Shown in pieces: positions 1-9,427 of a stretch of 29,014 bases of DNA. This DNA comes from Deltaproteobacteria bacterium (lineage in GTDB: Bacteria > Myxococcota_A > UBA9160 > SMWR01). The first letter of the stretch is position 1. Each line of letters begins with the position of its first letter. The notes beneath the pieces are model-generated. The model was not told the DNA's origin. It saw only the letters and a list, made by a program, of their open reading frames with translations, and ran no database searches. The position numbers and the translations under genes were made by a program. The stretch covers positions 1-29,014 of the forward strand of contig JAQBHB010000049.1 in the NCBI GenBank assembly GCA_032128115.1, read 5' to 3'.

Positions 1-764
1 GTGCGGTTGCCCACCACCGCGTCGCCGTCCTTGATGGCGGCGATGCGGCGCACGTCGAGACGCATCGACGAGTAGAACTTGAGGGCGTTGCCGCCGCTCG
101 TCGTCTCCGGGTTTCCGAACATGACGCCGATCTTCATGCGGATCTGGTTGATGAAGATCACCGTGGCGTGGGACTTCGAGACCGTGCCCGTGAGCTTGCG
201 CAGTGCCTGGCTCATGAGCCGGGCCTGGAGCCCCACGTGGTGGTCGCCCATTTCGCCCTCGAGCTCGGCCCGGGGCACGAGCGCCGCTACCGAGTCCACT
301 ACCACCAGGTTGACGGCGCCCGATCGCAGCAGCACGTCGACGATCTCCAGGGCCTGTTCGCCGGTGTCCGGTTGGGACACCAGCAGGTCTTCGATCTTCA
401 CGCCCAGACGACGCGCGTAGCCCACGTCGAGCGCGTGCTCGGCGTCGACGAAGGCCGCCACCCCGCCGCTGCGCTGCACCTCGGCCACGGCGTGGAGGGC
501 GAGCGTGGTCTTGCCGCTGGACTCGGGGCCGTAGATCTCGACCACGCGCCCGCGCGGGTAGCCCCCAATGCCCAGGGCCAGATCGAGGCTCGGCGAGCCA
601 CTGGAGAAGCTCTGCACGTCCCGGTCGATGCCGTCCTCGGTCATGGTGAGGATCGCGCCCTTGCCGAACTGCTTCTCGATGGTGGCGACAGCCAGCGCAA
701 TGGCTTTGTCCTTCTGGGATTCGCCGCTCGCACCGTTGCCTCGATTCTTTGAATTGCCTGCCAT
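1..764 (-). CDS. recA: Recombinase A (3' end runs off the window)
   Basis: Not in the ORF track because the stop lies outside the window. Manual translation from ATG 764 (GGAGG SD 8 nt upstream): MAGNSK...[18 protein letters not shown]...[21 protein letters not shown] (Walker A)...[10 protein letters not shown]...[12 protein letters not shown]...VVDSVAAL...[11 protein letters not shown]...[37 protein letters not shown]. Confidence 0.99.
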   Translation of the reverse strand, partial: MAGNSKNRGNGASGESQKDKAIALAVATIEKQFGKGAILTMTEDGIDRDVQSFSSGSPSLDLALGIGGYPRGRVVEIYGPESSGKTTLALHAVAEVQRSGGVAAFVDAEHALDVGYARRLGVKIEDLLVSQPDTGEQALEIVDVLLRSGAVNLVVVDSVAALVPRAELEGEMGDHHVGLQARLMSQALRKLTGTVSKSHATVIFINQIRMKIGVMFGNPETTSGGNALKFYSSMRLDVRRIAAIKDGDAVVGNR

Positions 765-785
765 GTCATGTTCCTCCGATGGAGT

Positions 786-1364
786 TCAAGGGGTGATGGA
801 ATTCGCCTGGGACCCCAGGGGAATACGTTCCAGCGCGGTGTACCGGGCGCCGTCCGGATGCAGCTCGCTGCGAAAGAGCACCGATTCCGCCACCTGACAG
901 CCGGAGCCACCAGGCGCGGCGCGGTCGAAACCGGCAACGCGACCCTGCACGCGCCCCAGGGTGAGGTGGGGGTGAAAGCGGCGATCCTCGGGCGGGAAGC
1001 CCGCCGCCACGACCCCGCGCTCGACGGCCGCCGCCAACTCCTGAAGCGATTCGTCAGGCCCCACGTCGAGCACCACCAGCTTGGCGCGGCGCTGCGACGG
1101 GAAGGCGCGCAAACCGCCCAGGTGCATCCGGAACGGGAGCAATCGCGCGGTCTGCTCCCGAACCTGCCCCGTGATCTCCGGGAGCCGGCGGGGTTCGATG
1201 CTGCCGAGGAAGCGAAGGGTCACGTGCAGGCTCTCCCGCCGCACCCAGCGCACGGGGTCGCCATCGGCGCCCGCCCGCAACGCACTCGCCACGTCCCAGG
1301 CGATGGCACGCGTTGCGTCATCCAGCTCGACGGCAAAGAAGGCTCGAATCGTCTCATCCCTCAT
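786..1364 (-). CDS. thpR: RNA 2',3'-cyclic phosphodiesterase (2'-5' RNA ligase, 2H family)
   Basis: MRDETIRAFFAVELD start; two 2H motifs (LHVTLRFLG and FHPHLTLGR); C-terminal LFRSELHPDGARYT. ATG 1364 overlaps the cinA stop (ATGA). Confidence 0.93.
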   Translation of the reverse strand: MRDETIRAFFAVELDDATRAIAWDVASALRAGADGDPVRWVRRESLHVTLRFLGSIEPRRLPEITGQVREQTARLLPFRMHLGGLRAFPSQRRAKLVVLDVGPDESLQELAAAVERGVVAAGFPPEDRRFHPHLTLGRVQGRVAGFDRAAPGGSGCQVAESVLFRSELHPDGARYTALERIPLGSQANSITP

Positions 1365-2692
1365 CGACCCGGAGTTCGACCCGGAGTTTGACCCGGAGTT
1401 CGACCCGGAGCGGAGCCGCCCCCGCGGCGCCGCATCAGGGTCGGCCCTTCGAGCTCGACTCCCAGCAGGGCACGGCGCACCCAGTCGATGGCGATCTGCG
1501 CCGTGAGCATCCGGTGCCGGGCCCGATCCAGGGGAAACACGAAGTGGTCGGAGTGGGTGCCCGACTCCTGCGCCAGAGCCACGTACACGAGACCCACCGG
1601 CTTGTCGTCGCTTCCCCCGCCGGGTCCGGAGATGCCGGTGGTGGCCACTCCGATGTCGGCACCGAAGCGGCTGCGCACGCCCTCGGCCATCTGGCGCACC
1701 ACCGGGTCCGACACCGCACCGTGCTCTGCGATCATGGCCTCGGGCACATCCAGCAACCCGATCTTGGCGGAGTTCGCATAGGCCACCACGCCCCCGGCGA
1801 AGTAGTCCGACGCGCCCGCCACGTCGGTGATGCGCTCGGCGATGAGACCTCCCGTGCACGACTCGGCCACGGCGATGGTCTTGCCGTGCTCGCGCAGCAG
1901 GCGTCCCGCCACGGCGGGCAGGGTTTCTTCCCCTTCGCCGTAGACCAACGGCCCCAGGCGTTGGCGGATCGCATCGCACACGTGGGCCAGCTTCGCATCG
2001 GCCTCTTCGGCGCTGGCCGCCCGGGCCAGCGGGCGCAGGTAGTTGTCGGGAAAAGACGTGCGGAAGCCCAGGCTCACGTCACCGCTGGCTGCGATGTCCT
2101 TGAGCTCGTCGTCGAGAGTGGACTCGCCCATGCCGAAGGTGCGCAGCAGGGTGGCGCGCACGATCTGATTCCCACCGACGGTGGCCCCAACCCGGGGCAG
2201 CACCTGCTCGTCCATCATGCGTTCGAGCTCGCGCGGGACACCCGGCATGCAGAAGAACGAGGCACCGCCCTGGCGCAGCAGGAAGCCCGGCGCGGTGCCA
2301 ATCGGATTGGGCAGCACTTCGGCCCCCGCCGGGAACCAGGCCTGCTTGGCGTTGTTCTCCGTCATCTCGCGGCTCACGACGCGGAAGAAGGCGCGAATCA
2401 ATTCCAGCGCCGCCTCGTCGAGCACCAGTTCGAGGCCGAAGGTCTTCGCCAGCACCTCCGACGTGAGATCGTCGCGGGTGGGGCCGAGGCCGCCGGAGAC
2501 CAGCACCACGTCGCTGCGCCCGGCCGCGCGCAGGAAGGCATCGGTCATGTCTGCGGGCACGTCGCGCACCGAGGTGTGGAAATGGGTCTCCACGTCGAGA
2601 CTCAGCAGGCGGTCCGAGAGCAGGGACTTGTTGGAGTCAATGATCTCGCCGCGCAGCAACTCGTCTCCGATGGTCAGGACTTCGGCCTTCAC
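1361..2692 (-). CDS. cinA: Competence/damage-inducible protein CinA (MoCF-biosynthesis-like domain + NMN deamidase PncC domain)
   Basis: VKAEVLTIGDELLRGEIIDSN, VSGGLGPTRDDLT, NPIGTAPG, MPGVPREL; PncC motifs VAESCTGGLI, HGAVS, TGISGPGGG..KPVGLVY. GTG 2692 overlaps the pgpA stop (GTGA). Confidence 0.96.
   Translation of the reverse strand: MKAEVLTIGDELLRGEIIDSNKSLLSDRLLSLDVETHFHTSVRDVPADMTDAFLRAAGRSDVVLVSGGLGPTRDDLTSEVLAKTFGLELVLDEAALELIRAFFRVVSREMTENNAKQAWFPAGAEVLPNPIGTAPGFLLRQGGASFFCMPGVPRELERMMDEQVLPRVGATVGGNQIVRATLLRTFGMGESTLDDELKDIAASGDVSLGFRTSFPDNYLRPLARAASAEEADAKLAHVCDAIRQRLGPLVYGEGEETLPAVAGRLLREHGKTIAVAESCTGGLIAERITDVAGASDYFAGGVVAYANSAKIGLLDVPEAMIAEHGAVSDPVVRQMAEGVRSRFGADIGVATTGISGPGGGSDDKPVGLVYVALAQESGTHSDHFVFPLDRARHRMLTAQIAIDWVRRALLGVELEGPTLMRRRGGGSAPGRTPGQTPGRTPGR
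1365..1410. repeat. 12-bp tandem repeat, ~3.8 copies (cgacccggagtt)
   Basis: Units at 1365-1376, 1377-1388, 1389-1400 (one mismatch) and 1401-1410 (partial). Encodes the CinA C-terminal PGRTPGQTPGRTPGR and lies directly upstream of the thpR start. Confidence 0.9.
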
Positions 2693-3201
2693 ACGCCCCC
2701 ACTCACCGGCATCCACGCCGTCATCGCCAGCAACGCCCCCGCCATCACCGCGGCCCCGATCAGGCCGGCGATCACATCGTCAAGCACCACACCGGCGCCC
2801 CCGCGAAGATTGCGTTCGGCCCAGCCCGCCGGTCCCGGCTTCCAGATATCCAACAGCCTGAATAGGACGAATCCGGTCACAAGCCAGAACGGAGAGCGAA
2901 GATCGCCTGGGGGCGCCAGCACCAGCAGGGGCGCCAGGGTGATCAGCTGGCCCGCCACCTCGTCGATCACGATGCGGCCATCGTCCTTGCGATCGAAGAA
3001 GCGCTCGGCCTCGTCGGCGGCCCAGATCCCGAGCCCCGTGATTCCCACGAGCGTCGCCCCGAACACCAAGGGCGGCAGGCCCGCCAGGGGCAGGTAGAGC
3101 AGCACCCCCACGGCCGAGCCGAAGGTTCCGGAGGCCACGGGCGCGTAGCCCGAGCCGGCGCCAGTGGCCACGAACAGGGCGAGGCCCCGGGAGAAGCCCA
3201 T
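2689..3201 (-). CDS. pgpA: Phosphatidylglycerophosphatase A
   Basis: Hydrophobic; G.G..P.ASGTFGS, KDDGRIVIDEVAGQ, FRLLDIWKP, GGAGVVLDDVIAG motifs; upstream of cinA. Confidence 0.96.
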   Translation of the reverse strand: MGFSRGLALFVATGAGSGYAPVASGTFGSAVGVLLYLPLAGLPPLVFGATLVGITGLGIWAADEAERFFDRKDDGRIVIDEVAGQLITLAPLLVLAPPGDLRSPFWLVTGFVLFRLLDIWKPGPAGWAERNLRGGAGVVLDDVIAGLIGAAVMAGALLAMTAWMPVSGGV

Positions 3202-3277
3202 GACAGCTCCGCTGGGACCGCGGTTGGAGGATTCCGCGATGCTGACGCTGCGGCAGGGGAAACCCAGCGACCCGCGT

Positions 3278-3307
3278 AGAGTAGTCCCCGGCGCCTTGCG
3301 GAGTCAA
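3278..3307 (-). promoter_or_regulatory. Putative sigma70 promoter for pgpA-cinA-thpR-recA
   Basis: Minus strand TTGACT-N18-TACTCT; A/T tract at 3321-3335 in the UP-element position. Confidence 0.55.
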
Positions 3308-3417
3308 CGAATCGGAGGCGAAAAAAAAAGAAAAGTCGTCTCCGAAACCCCTGAAATTGCGGCACTTCCCCCCGTGGGTAGGGGAGCCGGCCAGGCAAAT
3401 GCACTAGCCTGGAACGC

Positions 3418-3873
3418 ATGGAGATCCCCGGCCGCGTTCTCGGACTGGATCTCGGCGCCCGGCGCATCGGCCTGGCCGTGTCCGACCCCGAGGCGCGTCT
3501 GGCGTTTCCCGCGGGTTGCCTGATCTCGGAGGGTCCGGAGCGCGACCTGGAAGCCCTGCGCCAGCTGGTGGAGGCACGCGAGATCAAACGAATCGTGGTC
3601 GGTCTGCCGATCCGTATGGATGGACGCGCGGGCCCGGAAGCCGAAGCCGCTCGCCACTTCGCTAGTGAGATCGCCCGCGCCACAGGGGTGCCGGTGGAGA
3701 TGCAGGACGAACGCTGGACGACGGTCGAGGCCGAGCGCGCCCTGCGTCCCGCTGGGGAGCGGGGATCGCGGCGCAGTCGGCGGCGACGAGACGTGCGCGG
3801 CGACGTGGATGCGGCCGCGGCCGCGATCCTGCTGCGAACCTACCTGGAGCGGACGCGGGCGCCGTCGCCGTGA
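3418..3873 (+). CDS. ruvX: Pre-16S rRNA nuclease YqgF / Holliday junction resolvase-like RuvX
   Basis: VLGLDLGARRIGLAVSD, IVVGLP..MDG, QDERWTTVEAER, VDAAAAAILLRTYL; adjacent to mltG. Confidence 0.95.
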   Translation: MEIPGRVLGLDLGARRIGLAVSDPEARLAFPAGCLISEGPERDLEALRQLVEAREIKRIVVGLPIRMDGRAGPEAEAARHFASEIARATGVPVEMQDERWTTVEAERALRPAGERGSRRSRRRRDVRGDVDAAAAAILLRTYLERTRAPSP

Positions 3874-4871
3874 AGCGCCGCGTTTTCGTGATCGCCGGAG
3901 TCGTCGCCCTGGCTGTCGCTGTGGCCCTCGCCGCGACCACCTTCCATCTGCTCTCTGCCGCGGCCGACGAAGCCCCCAACGCGTTGTTCGTGGTCTCCCG
4001 GGGCGAATCCCTGGCCGACGTGGCGTCGAACCTGGAGAGGCGGGGTCTCGTGCGCAACGCCATCGCCCTGGAGTGGCTGGCGCGCATGCGCGGCCTGGCG
4101 GGGCGACTCCGGGCCGGGGAATACGCGCTCTCGCCCACCCAGTCGTCCCAGGAGATCCTGGAATGGATCGCCCGGGGACGGGTCGCCACGTACGAGGTGG
4201 TGGTGCCGGAGGGCTTCACCGTGGCCCAGATCGCGGAGCGCCTGGCCAACGACGATCTGGCCGACCGGATGGCTTTTCTTGCAGTGGCCCGCGACCCGGC
4301 CACGGCTGCCGAGATCGGCGTCGAGGGCAACACGCTCGAGGGCTACCTCTTCCCCGAGACCTACCGGATCCCGCGCGGTCTTGCGCCCGAGGCGATTGCC
4401 CGCACCCTGGTGGAGCAGTTCCTCGAGGTCTGGCAGGAGATCGAACCGAGGGCCCGCGAGCAGGGCTTCTCCATGCGAGAGGTGGTCACGCTGGCCTCGA
4501 TCGTCGAGAAGGAGACGGCAGCGCCGGGCGAGCGGCCCCTGATCGCCTCGGTGTTTCGCAACCGCCTCGCGCGAGGCATGCGGCTCGAGACCGATCCCAC
4601 CGTGATCTACGGCATCGAGGAGTTCGACGGCAACCTGCGGCGTCGGGATCTGGAGAACCCGGACAATCCCTACAACACCTATCGCATCCCGGGCCTGCCG
4701 CCGGGACCGATCGCCAGTCCAGGCGCCGAGGCCCTGCACGCCGTGGTGGAGCCGGCGCAGAGCGACTTTCTCTACTTCGTGTCCCGCAACGACGGCACCC
4801 ACGTCTTCTCGCGCACCTACCGCGAACACGCAAAGGCCGTGGACCAGTATCAGCGGAGGCGCTCCCGGTGA
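3870..4871 (+). CDS. mltG: Endolytic transglycosylase MltG (YceG family)
   Basis: N-terminal membrane anchor; AGEY, VPEGFT, LEGYLFPETY, LASIVEKET (catalytic Glu), LETDPTVIYG, PYNTY..PGLPPGPIASPG, LYFVS...HVFSRT. Confidence 0.97.
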   Translation: MKRRVFVIAGVVALAVAVALAATTFHLLSAAADEAPNALFVVSRGESLADVASNLERRGLVRNAIALEWLARMRGLAGRLRAGEYALSPTQSSQEILEWIARGRVATYEVVVPEGFTVAQIAERLANDDLADRMAFLAVARDPATAAEIGVEGNTLEGYLFPETYRIPRGLAPEAIARTLVEQFLEVWQEIEPRAREQGFSMREVVTLASIVEKETAAPGERPLIASVFRNRLARGMRLETDPTVIYGIEEFDGNLRRRDLENPDNPYNTYRIPGLPPGPIASPGAEALHAVVEPAQSDFLYFVSRNDGTHVFSRTYREHAKAVDQYQRRRSR

Positions 4872-4944
4872 GCGCGGGCGACGGTCCGGAGAACCCAAGC
4901 GGCTCAGCGACCGCGTCTCGCGAGGCCGACCCTGGGTCAGACTT

Positions 4945-5982
<1,038 letters not shown>

Positions 5983-6179
5983 TCCTACCGTCCTTCCGGG
6001 GACGGGCAGACCCCGTGCAAAGCGTTATCGGCAGGAATCGGCAGAGGTTGAGCCAGGCGCAGATCCGATCAGGTGATTCGGCTCACGATTGCCGATCATC
6101 CCCGCGGGGCATAGTGGGCCAACGCAAGGCCGAAGGCCGAAGGCCGCGCAGCGAGCCACAGGCGAGCGCAGTCCCCTGA

Positions 6180-7586
6180 CTAACTCTGGATGACGAGCTT
6201 CGAGAGGCTGGTCTTGCGCAGGTTGGTCTTCTGGATGGTGCGGACCAGCTCGGCGACCTTTTCGATGTCGGTCTCGAAGGGGTTGTTGCAGATCACGCGC
6301 ACGTTGAGCAGGTTGCCCAGCCGGATGTTCGACCAGTCCAGGTCGTACTGGATCGAGTTCTGCCGCGCGAGTTTGATGAACTCGCCCCGCATCCGGGCCC
6401 GCGTGTCGGGCGGCGGCTCGGTCTGGCCCTTCAGGATCTCCTCGTCGTCGAGCAGCCGGTCCACCAGGCCCTTGCGCTCCAGCAGGTAGTAGAGGCCCCG
6501 TTTCATCTGGATGTCGTGGTACTGCAGGTCCAGCATGAACACGCGCGGATCGTTCCATGTAGTGTTCCGCGAGTCGATGTACGACTGGATCATCTTGCGC
6601 TTGATCACCCAATCCACCTGGCGATCGAGCTTCTCCGGATCCGTGTCCAGGCAATCCAGCACGTGCTGCCACATGGCCACCGCCATCCGAAGCTCGTCGC
6701 TCACCGGATACTGCTCGATGTACTTCTGGGCCATCTCGCAATACTCGAACTGGATCTGGATCGGGGAGTAGTCCCGGCCGTTGTCCAGGCGAAGCTTGCG
6801 CTTGCAGGTTGCGTCGTAGGAGATGTCCTTGATGGCCTTCACCGGATTGCGCAGCGTGAAGTCCTTGTTGATGTAGTTGTCCTCGATCATCTGGAGCACG
6901 ACCGCGCAGGTGCCGACCTTCAGGAAGTTCGTGTACTCCGACATGTTCGAGTCGCCCACGATCACGTGCAGGCGTCGGTACTTCTCGCGATCCGCGTGGG
7001 GCTCGTCGCGTGTGTTGATGATCGAGCGGTCGTTGGTCGTGGTACCCGAGATCTTCTGGTAGATGTGCTGGGCCCGCTGGGAGACGCAGTAGTGCACGCC
7101 GTCCTGGGTCTGGAAGATCTTTCCGGCACCGGTGTAGATCTGGCGGGTGACCAGGAACGGAATCAGCTGCTCGGCCAGGTAGTAGAAGTCCACGTCCCGG
7201 TCGACCAGGTAGTTCTCGTGGCAGCCATAGCTGTTGCCCACGAAGTCCGTGTTGTTCTTGAAGATCGAGAGCTTCCCGGCGATCCGCTCCTCGCGAATCT
7301 TGTCCTCGGCGTACAGCTGGAGCTCTTCGAGTATCCGCTCGCCGGCCTTGTCGTACAGGATCACCGCCCTGGGTGAGGCGCACTCTGGCGTGGCGTACTC
7401 GGGGTGGCAGCCCGTGTCCTGGTAGAAGCGGGCGCCGTTCTCGAGGAAGACATTGAGGAAGTGCTCGGTGGTGATCAGCTTCTCGAACAGGAAGCGGATC
7501 GCCTTCTCAACGGGCAGCGTCTTACGCCCTTCGGGCGTAAAGATGATTCCGTACTCGGTCTCGATTCCGTAGATGCGCTTTTGCAA
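6180..7586 (-). CDS. pafA: Pup--protein ligase PafA
   Basis: TTG start; RIYGIETEYG, NVFLENGARFYQDTGCHPEYATPEC (PafA-type D.G.HPEYAT, no Dop loop), FKNNTD..GNSYGCHENYL, SQRA, IINTRDEPHAD.EKYRRLHVIVGDSNMSE, DWVIKR, DLQYHDI, PPDTRARMRGEFI, LDWS. Confidence 0.96.
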   Translation of the reverse strand: MQKRIYGIETEYGIIFTPEGRKTLPVEKAIRFLFEKLITTEHFLNVFLENGARFYQDTGCHPEYATPECASPRAVILYDKAGERILEELQLYAEDKIREERIAGKLSIFKNNTDFVGNSYGCHENYLVDRDVDFYYLAEQLIPFLVTRQIYTGAGKIFQTQDGVHYCVSQRAQHIYQKISGTTTNDRSIINTRDEPHADREKYRRLHVIVGDSNMSEYTNFLKVGTCAVVLQMIEDNYINKDFTLRNPVKAIKDISYDATCKRKLRLDNGRDYSPIQIQFEYCEMAQKYIEQYPVSDELRMAVAMWQHVLDCLDTDPEKLDRQVDWVIKRKMIQSYIDSRNTTWNDPRVFMLDLQYHDIQMKRGLYYLLERKGLVDRLLDDEEILKGQTEPPPDTRARMRGEFIKLARQNSIQYDLDWSNIRLGNLLNVRVICNNPFETDIEKVAELVRTIQKTNLRKTSLSKLVIQS

Positions 7587-7612
7587 GAGCCCGCCCGAGT
7601 TCCCGAGGAAGT

Positions 7613-8311
7613 CTAGGCCCCCAACAGCCCACTCACTATATCGGCCGTGAGACGCCGGAACTTGCGACCCACTCGTGCACGCTCCAGCACGCAGACCTCC
7701 AGGTACTCAGGGTCCAGGCGCGACGCGCCCTCGGTGGCTCTTGCCAGCGCGGTGCGACCCATCTGGACGGCCTCCCCCAGGGGGAGATCCTTGCGGTACT
7801 CACCCTCGAGGTAGGGGTTGATCTGGTCGGCACTGCCGCCGATCAGGCAGTAGCCCTTGTGGTCGCTGATGCTGCCGTCGAAGGTGATGCGGAAGATTGC
7901 GTTGTTCTCGTGGCCGGCGAGCTCGTTGTCTCCCACCTCCACGACCACCACCTCCACCTCGAGCGGCTTGAGCTCGCGGGTGAAGACGTCGCCCATGGCC
8001 TGGGAGTAGGCGTTGGCCAGCGCCCTGGCGCGCACGTCGTCGCGGCTGTAGGCGTAGCCCTTCACGTCCGCGTAGCGCACCCCGATCTTCCGCAGCTGGT
8101 CGAACTCGCTGAACTTGCCCACCCCGGCGAAGCCGATGCGGTCGTAGATCTCGCCGAGCTTCGAAAGGGTCGACGGGTTCTCCGCCATCAACAGCACCCC
8201 TTCGTCGTACTCCAGGACCACGCTGGACTTGCCGCGGCTGATGCCCTTGCGGGCGTACTCGGCCTTGTCCTGCATCACCTGCTCGGGAGAGACGTAGAAG
8301 GGCATGCTCAT
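7613..8311 (-). CDS. prcA: 20S proteasome alpha subunit
   Basis: MSMPFYVSPEQVMQDKAEYARKGISRGKS, AENPSTLSKLGEIYDRIGFAGVGKFSEFDQLR, YADVKGYAYSRDDV, KPLEVE, LEVCVLER: actinobacterial-type PrcA. ATG 8311 overlaps the prcB stop (ATGA). Confidence 0.97.
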   Translation of the reverse strand: MSMPFYVSPEQVMQDKAEYARKGISRGKSSVVLEYDEGVLLMAENPSTLSKLGEIYDRIGFAGVGKFSEFDQLRKIGVRYADVKGYAYSRDDVRARALANAYSQAMGDVFTRELKPLEVEVVVVEVGDNELAGHENNAIFRITFDGSISDHKGYCLIGGSADQINPYLEGEYRKDLPLGEAVQMGRTALARATEGASRLDPEYLEVCVLERARVGRKFRRLTADIVSGLLGA

Positions 8312-9120
8312 GATGCAGACCGCCGCTGGGAATCGATGATTTCGCGATAGATCTGTTCGATCTCCCCGTCGCTGGCCGAAGTGATCCCGTCGGCCGTGCA
8401 GAACTTCAGCATGGGATAGATGCCGCGCACCAGGTCGATGCCACCGGTGGCGCGATCCTGGTCCGCTGCGTCTACCAGGGCCTGGACCGCCATGCGGAGG
8501 GCGTCGGCCCGGTTGGCGTCGGGCCGGTGCGTCTTCTTGAGCGATTCCGAGGCGTAGAGCCCGCCCGAGCCCGTGGCCTCGAAGTCGGTCTCTTCGTAGC
8601 GGCCGCCGGTCACGTCGAACTTCCACAGGCGACCCTGATGGCGCCGCAGGTCGTAGCCCGCGAACAGCGGCACCACCACCAGGCCCTGCATGGCCGCGGG
8701 CAGATTCGAGCGAACCATCTGGGCCAGCTTGTTGGCCTTGCCGTCCAGCTCCAGGGGCTCGCCCTCGATCTTCTCGTAGTGTTCCAGCTCCACCCGCATG
8801 AGCCGCGCCATCTCGATGGAGGGACCTGCGGCCCCGGCGATGGCCATGAGGGAGTAGTCGTCGGTGGGATACACCTTCTCGATGTCGCGAGAAGCCACCC
8901 GATGCCCCTCGGTAGCGAGTCGATCCCCCGCCATCGTCACCCCGTCGGCGTACTTGAACGCCATCACGGTGGTGCCGTGGGGAATCTGGAGCCCTTCGGT
9001 GCCGTGGGTCAAGCGACCGGGATCGGGACGCAGCTGCGCGTAGTCGAGATCCAGGAGCTCCATGAAACTGGATCCCTGGTATTTGCCGCCGAACTGCAAC
9101 GCTCCCCCCCAGGCGTGCAA
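8308..9120 (-). CDS. prcB: 20S proteasome beta subunit precursor
   Basis: Propeptide with SSF.ELL ending IPHG/TT. Thr1 codon at 8971-8973, Asp17 (AGDR), Lys33 (IEKV), IAGAAG, ELEHYEKIEG..L.LDGKANKL, ATGSGG, D.ATGG.D..RGIYP. Start TTG 9120 (alternative TTG 9099). Confidence 0.97.
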   Translation of the reverse strand: MHAWGGALQFGGKYQGSSFMELLDLDYAQLRPDPGRLTHGTEGLQIPHGTTVMAFKYADGVTMAGDRLATEGHRVASRDIEKVYPTDDYSLMAIAGAAGPSIEMARLMRVELEHYEKIEGEPLELDGKANKLAQMVRSNLPAAMQGLVVVPLFAGYDLRRHQGRLWKFDVTGGRYEETDFEATGSGGLYASESLKKTHRPDANRADALRMAVQALVDAADQDRATGGIDLVRGIYPMLKFCTADGITSASDGEIEQIYREIIDSQRRSAS

Positions 9121-9137
9121 CGGTGCTGCGATCGAAA

Positions 9138-9407
9138 TTACTCGCCGCCCCGCTGCACGTAGTTCTTGACGAACTCCTCGGCGTTCTCCTCGAGGACCTC
9201 GTCGATTTCATCGACGAGGGCGTCCATGTCCTCTTTCAGCTTCTCGCCCTTCTTGGCGATCTTCTGGGGACCGGCATCGCCCGATTTGCCATCACCGTCG
9301 CCCCCCTTCTTCGGCTGCTGCTTCTGCTGCTGGTCGGAGGCGAGGAGAGGCAGAACCCGTGCATCGTCCCGGTCGCCGCGTCCTCGTGTGTCGTTGATCC
9401 ACTTCAT
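9138..9407 (-). CDS. pup: Prokaryotic ubiquitin-like protein Pup (89 aa, C-terminal GGE)
   Basis: ATG 9407 with AAGGGAG SD. C-terminus EKLKEDMDALVDEIDEVLEENAEEFVKNYVQRGGE matches the Pup family consensus (LLDEIDDVLEENAE.FV..YVQKGG[QE]); lies between dop and prcB. Confidence 0.96.
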   Translation of the reverse strand: MKWINDTRGRGDRDDARVLPLLASDQQQKQQPKKGGDGDGKSGDAGPQKIAKKGEKLKEDMDALVDEIDEVLEENAEEFVKNYVQRGGE

Positions 9408-9427
9408 CGCTCTCTCCCTTGGGCCGT

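Noticed and set aside
765..785. LexA/SOS box directly upstream of recA
   Set aside because: The intergenic gap is only 21 bp and holds just the SD; I recognised no LexA motif there or at the pgpA promoter.
6016..6032. Second sigma54 promoter upstream of mreB (minus strand ...CGATAACGCTTTGCA)
   Set aside because: Has a TTGCA -12 element but lacks the invariant GG at -24.
8308..9120. Beta subunit as HslV/Anbu
   Set aside because: It has a ~49-aa propeptide, an adjacent true alpha subunit and an ARC with GQYL; this is a genuine 20S proteasome.
9138..9407. Calling the small modifier UBact rather than Pup
   Set aside because: The C-terminus carries the Pup signature DEIDEVLEENAEEFV..YVQ.GGE, not the UBact-type basic ending (roughly MRKVDP....RYRQRTGE).
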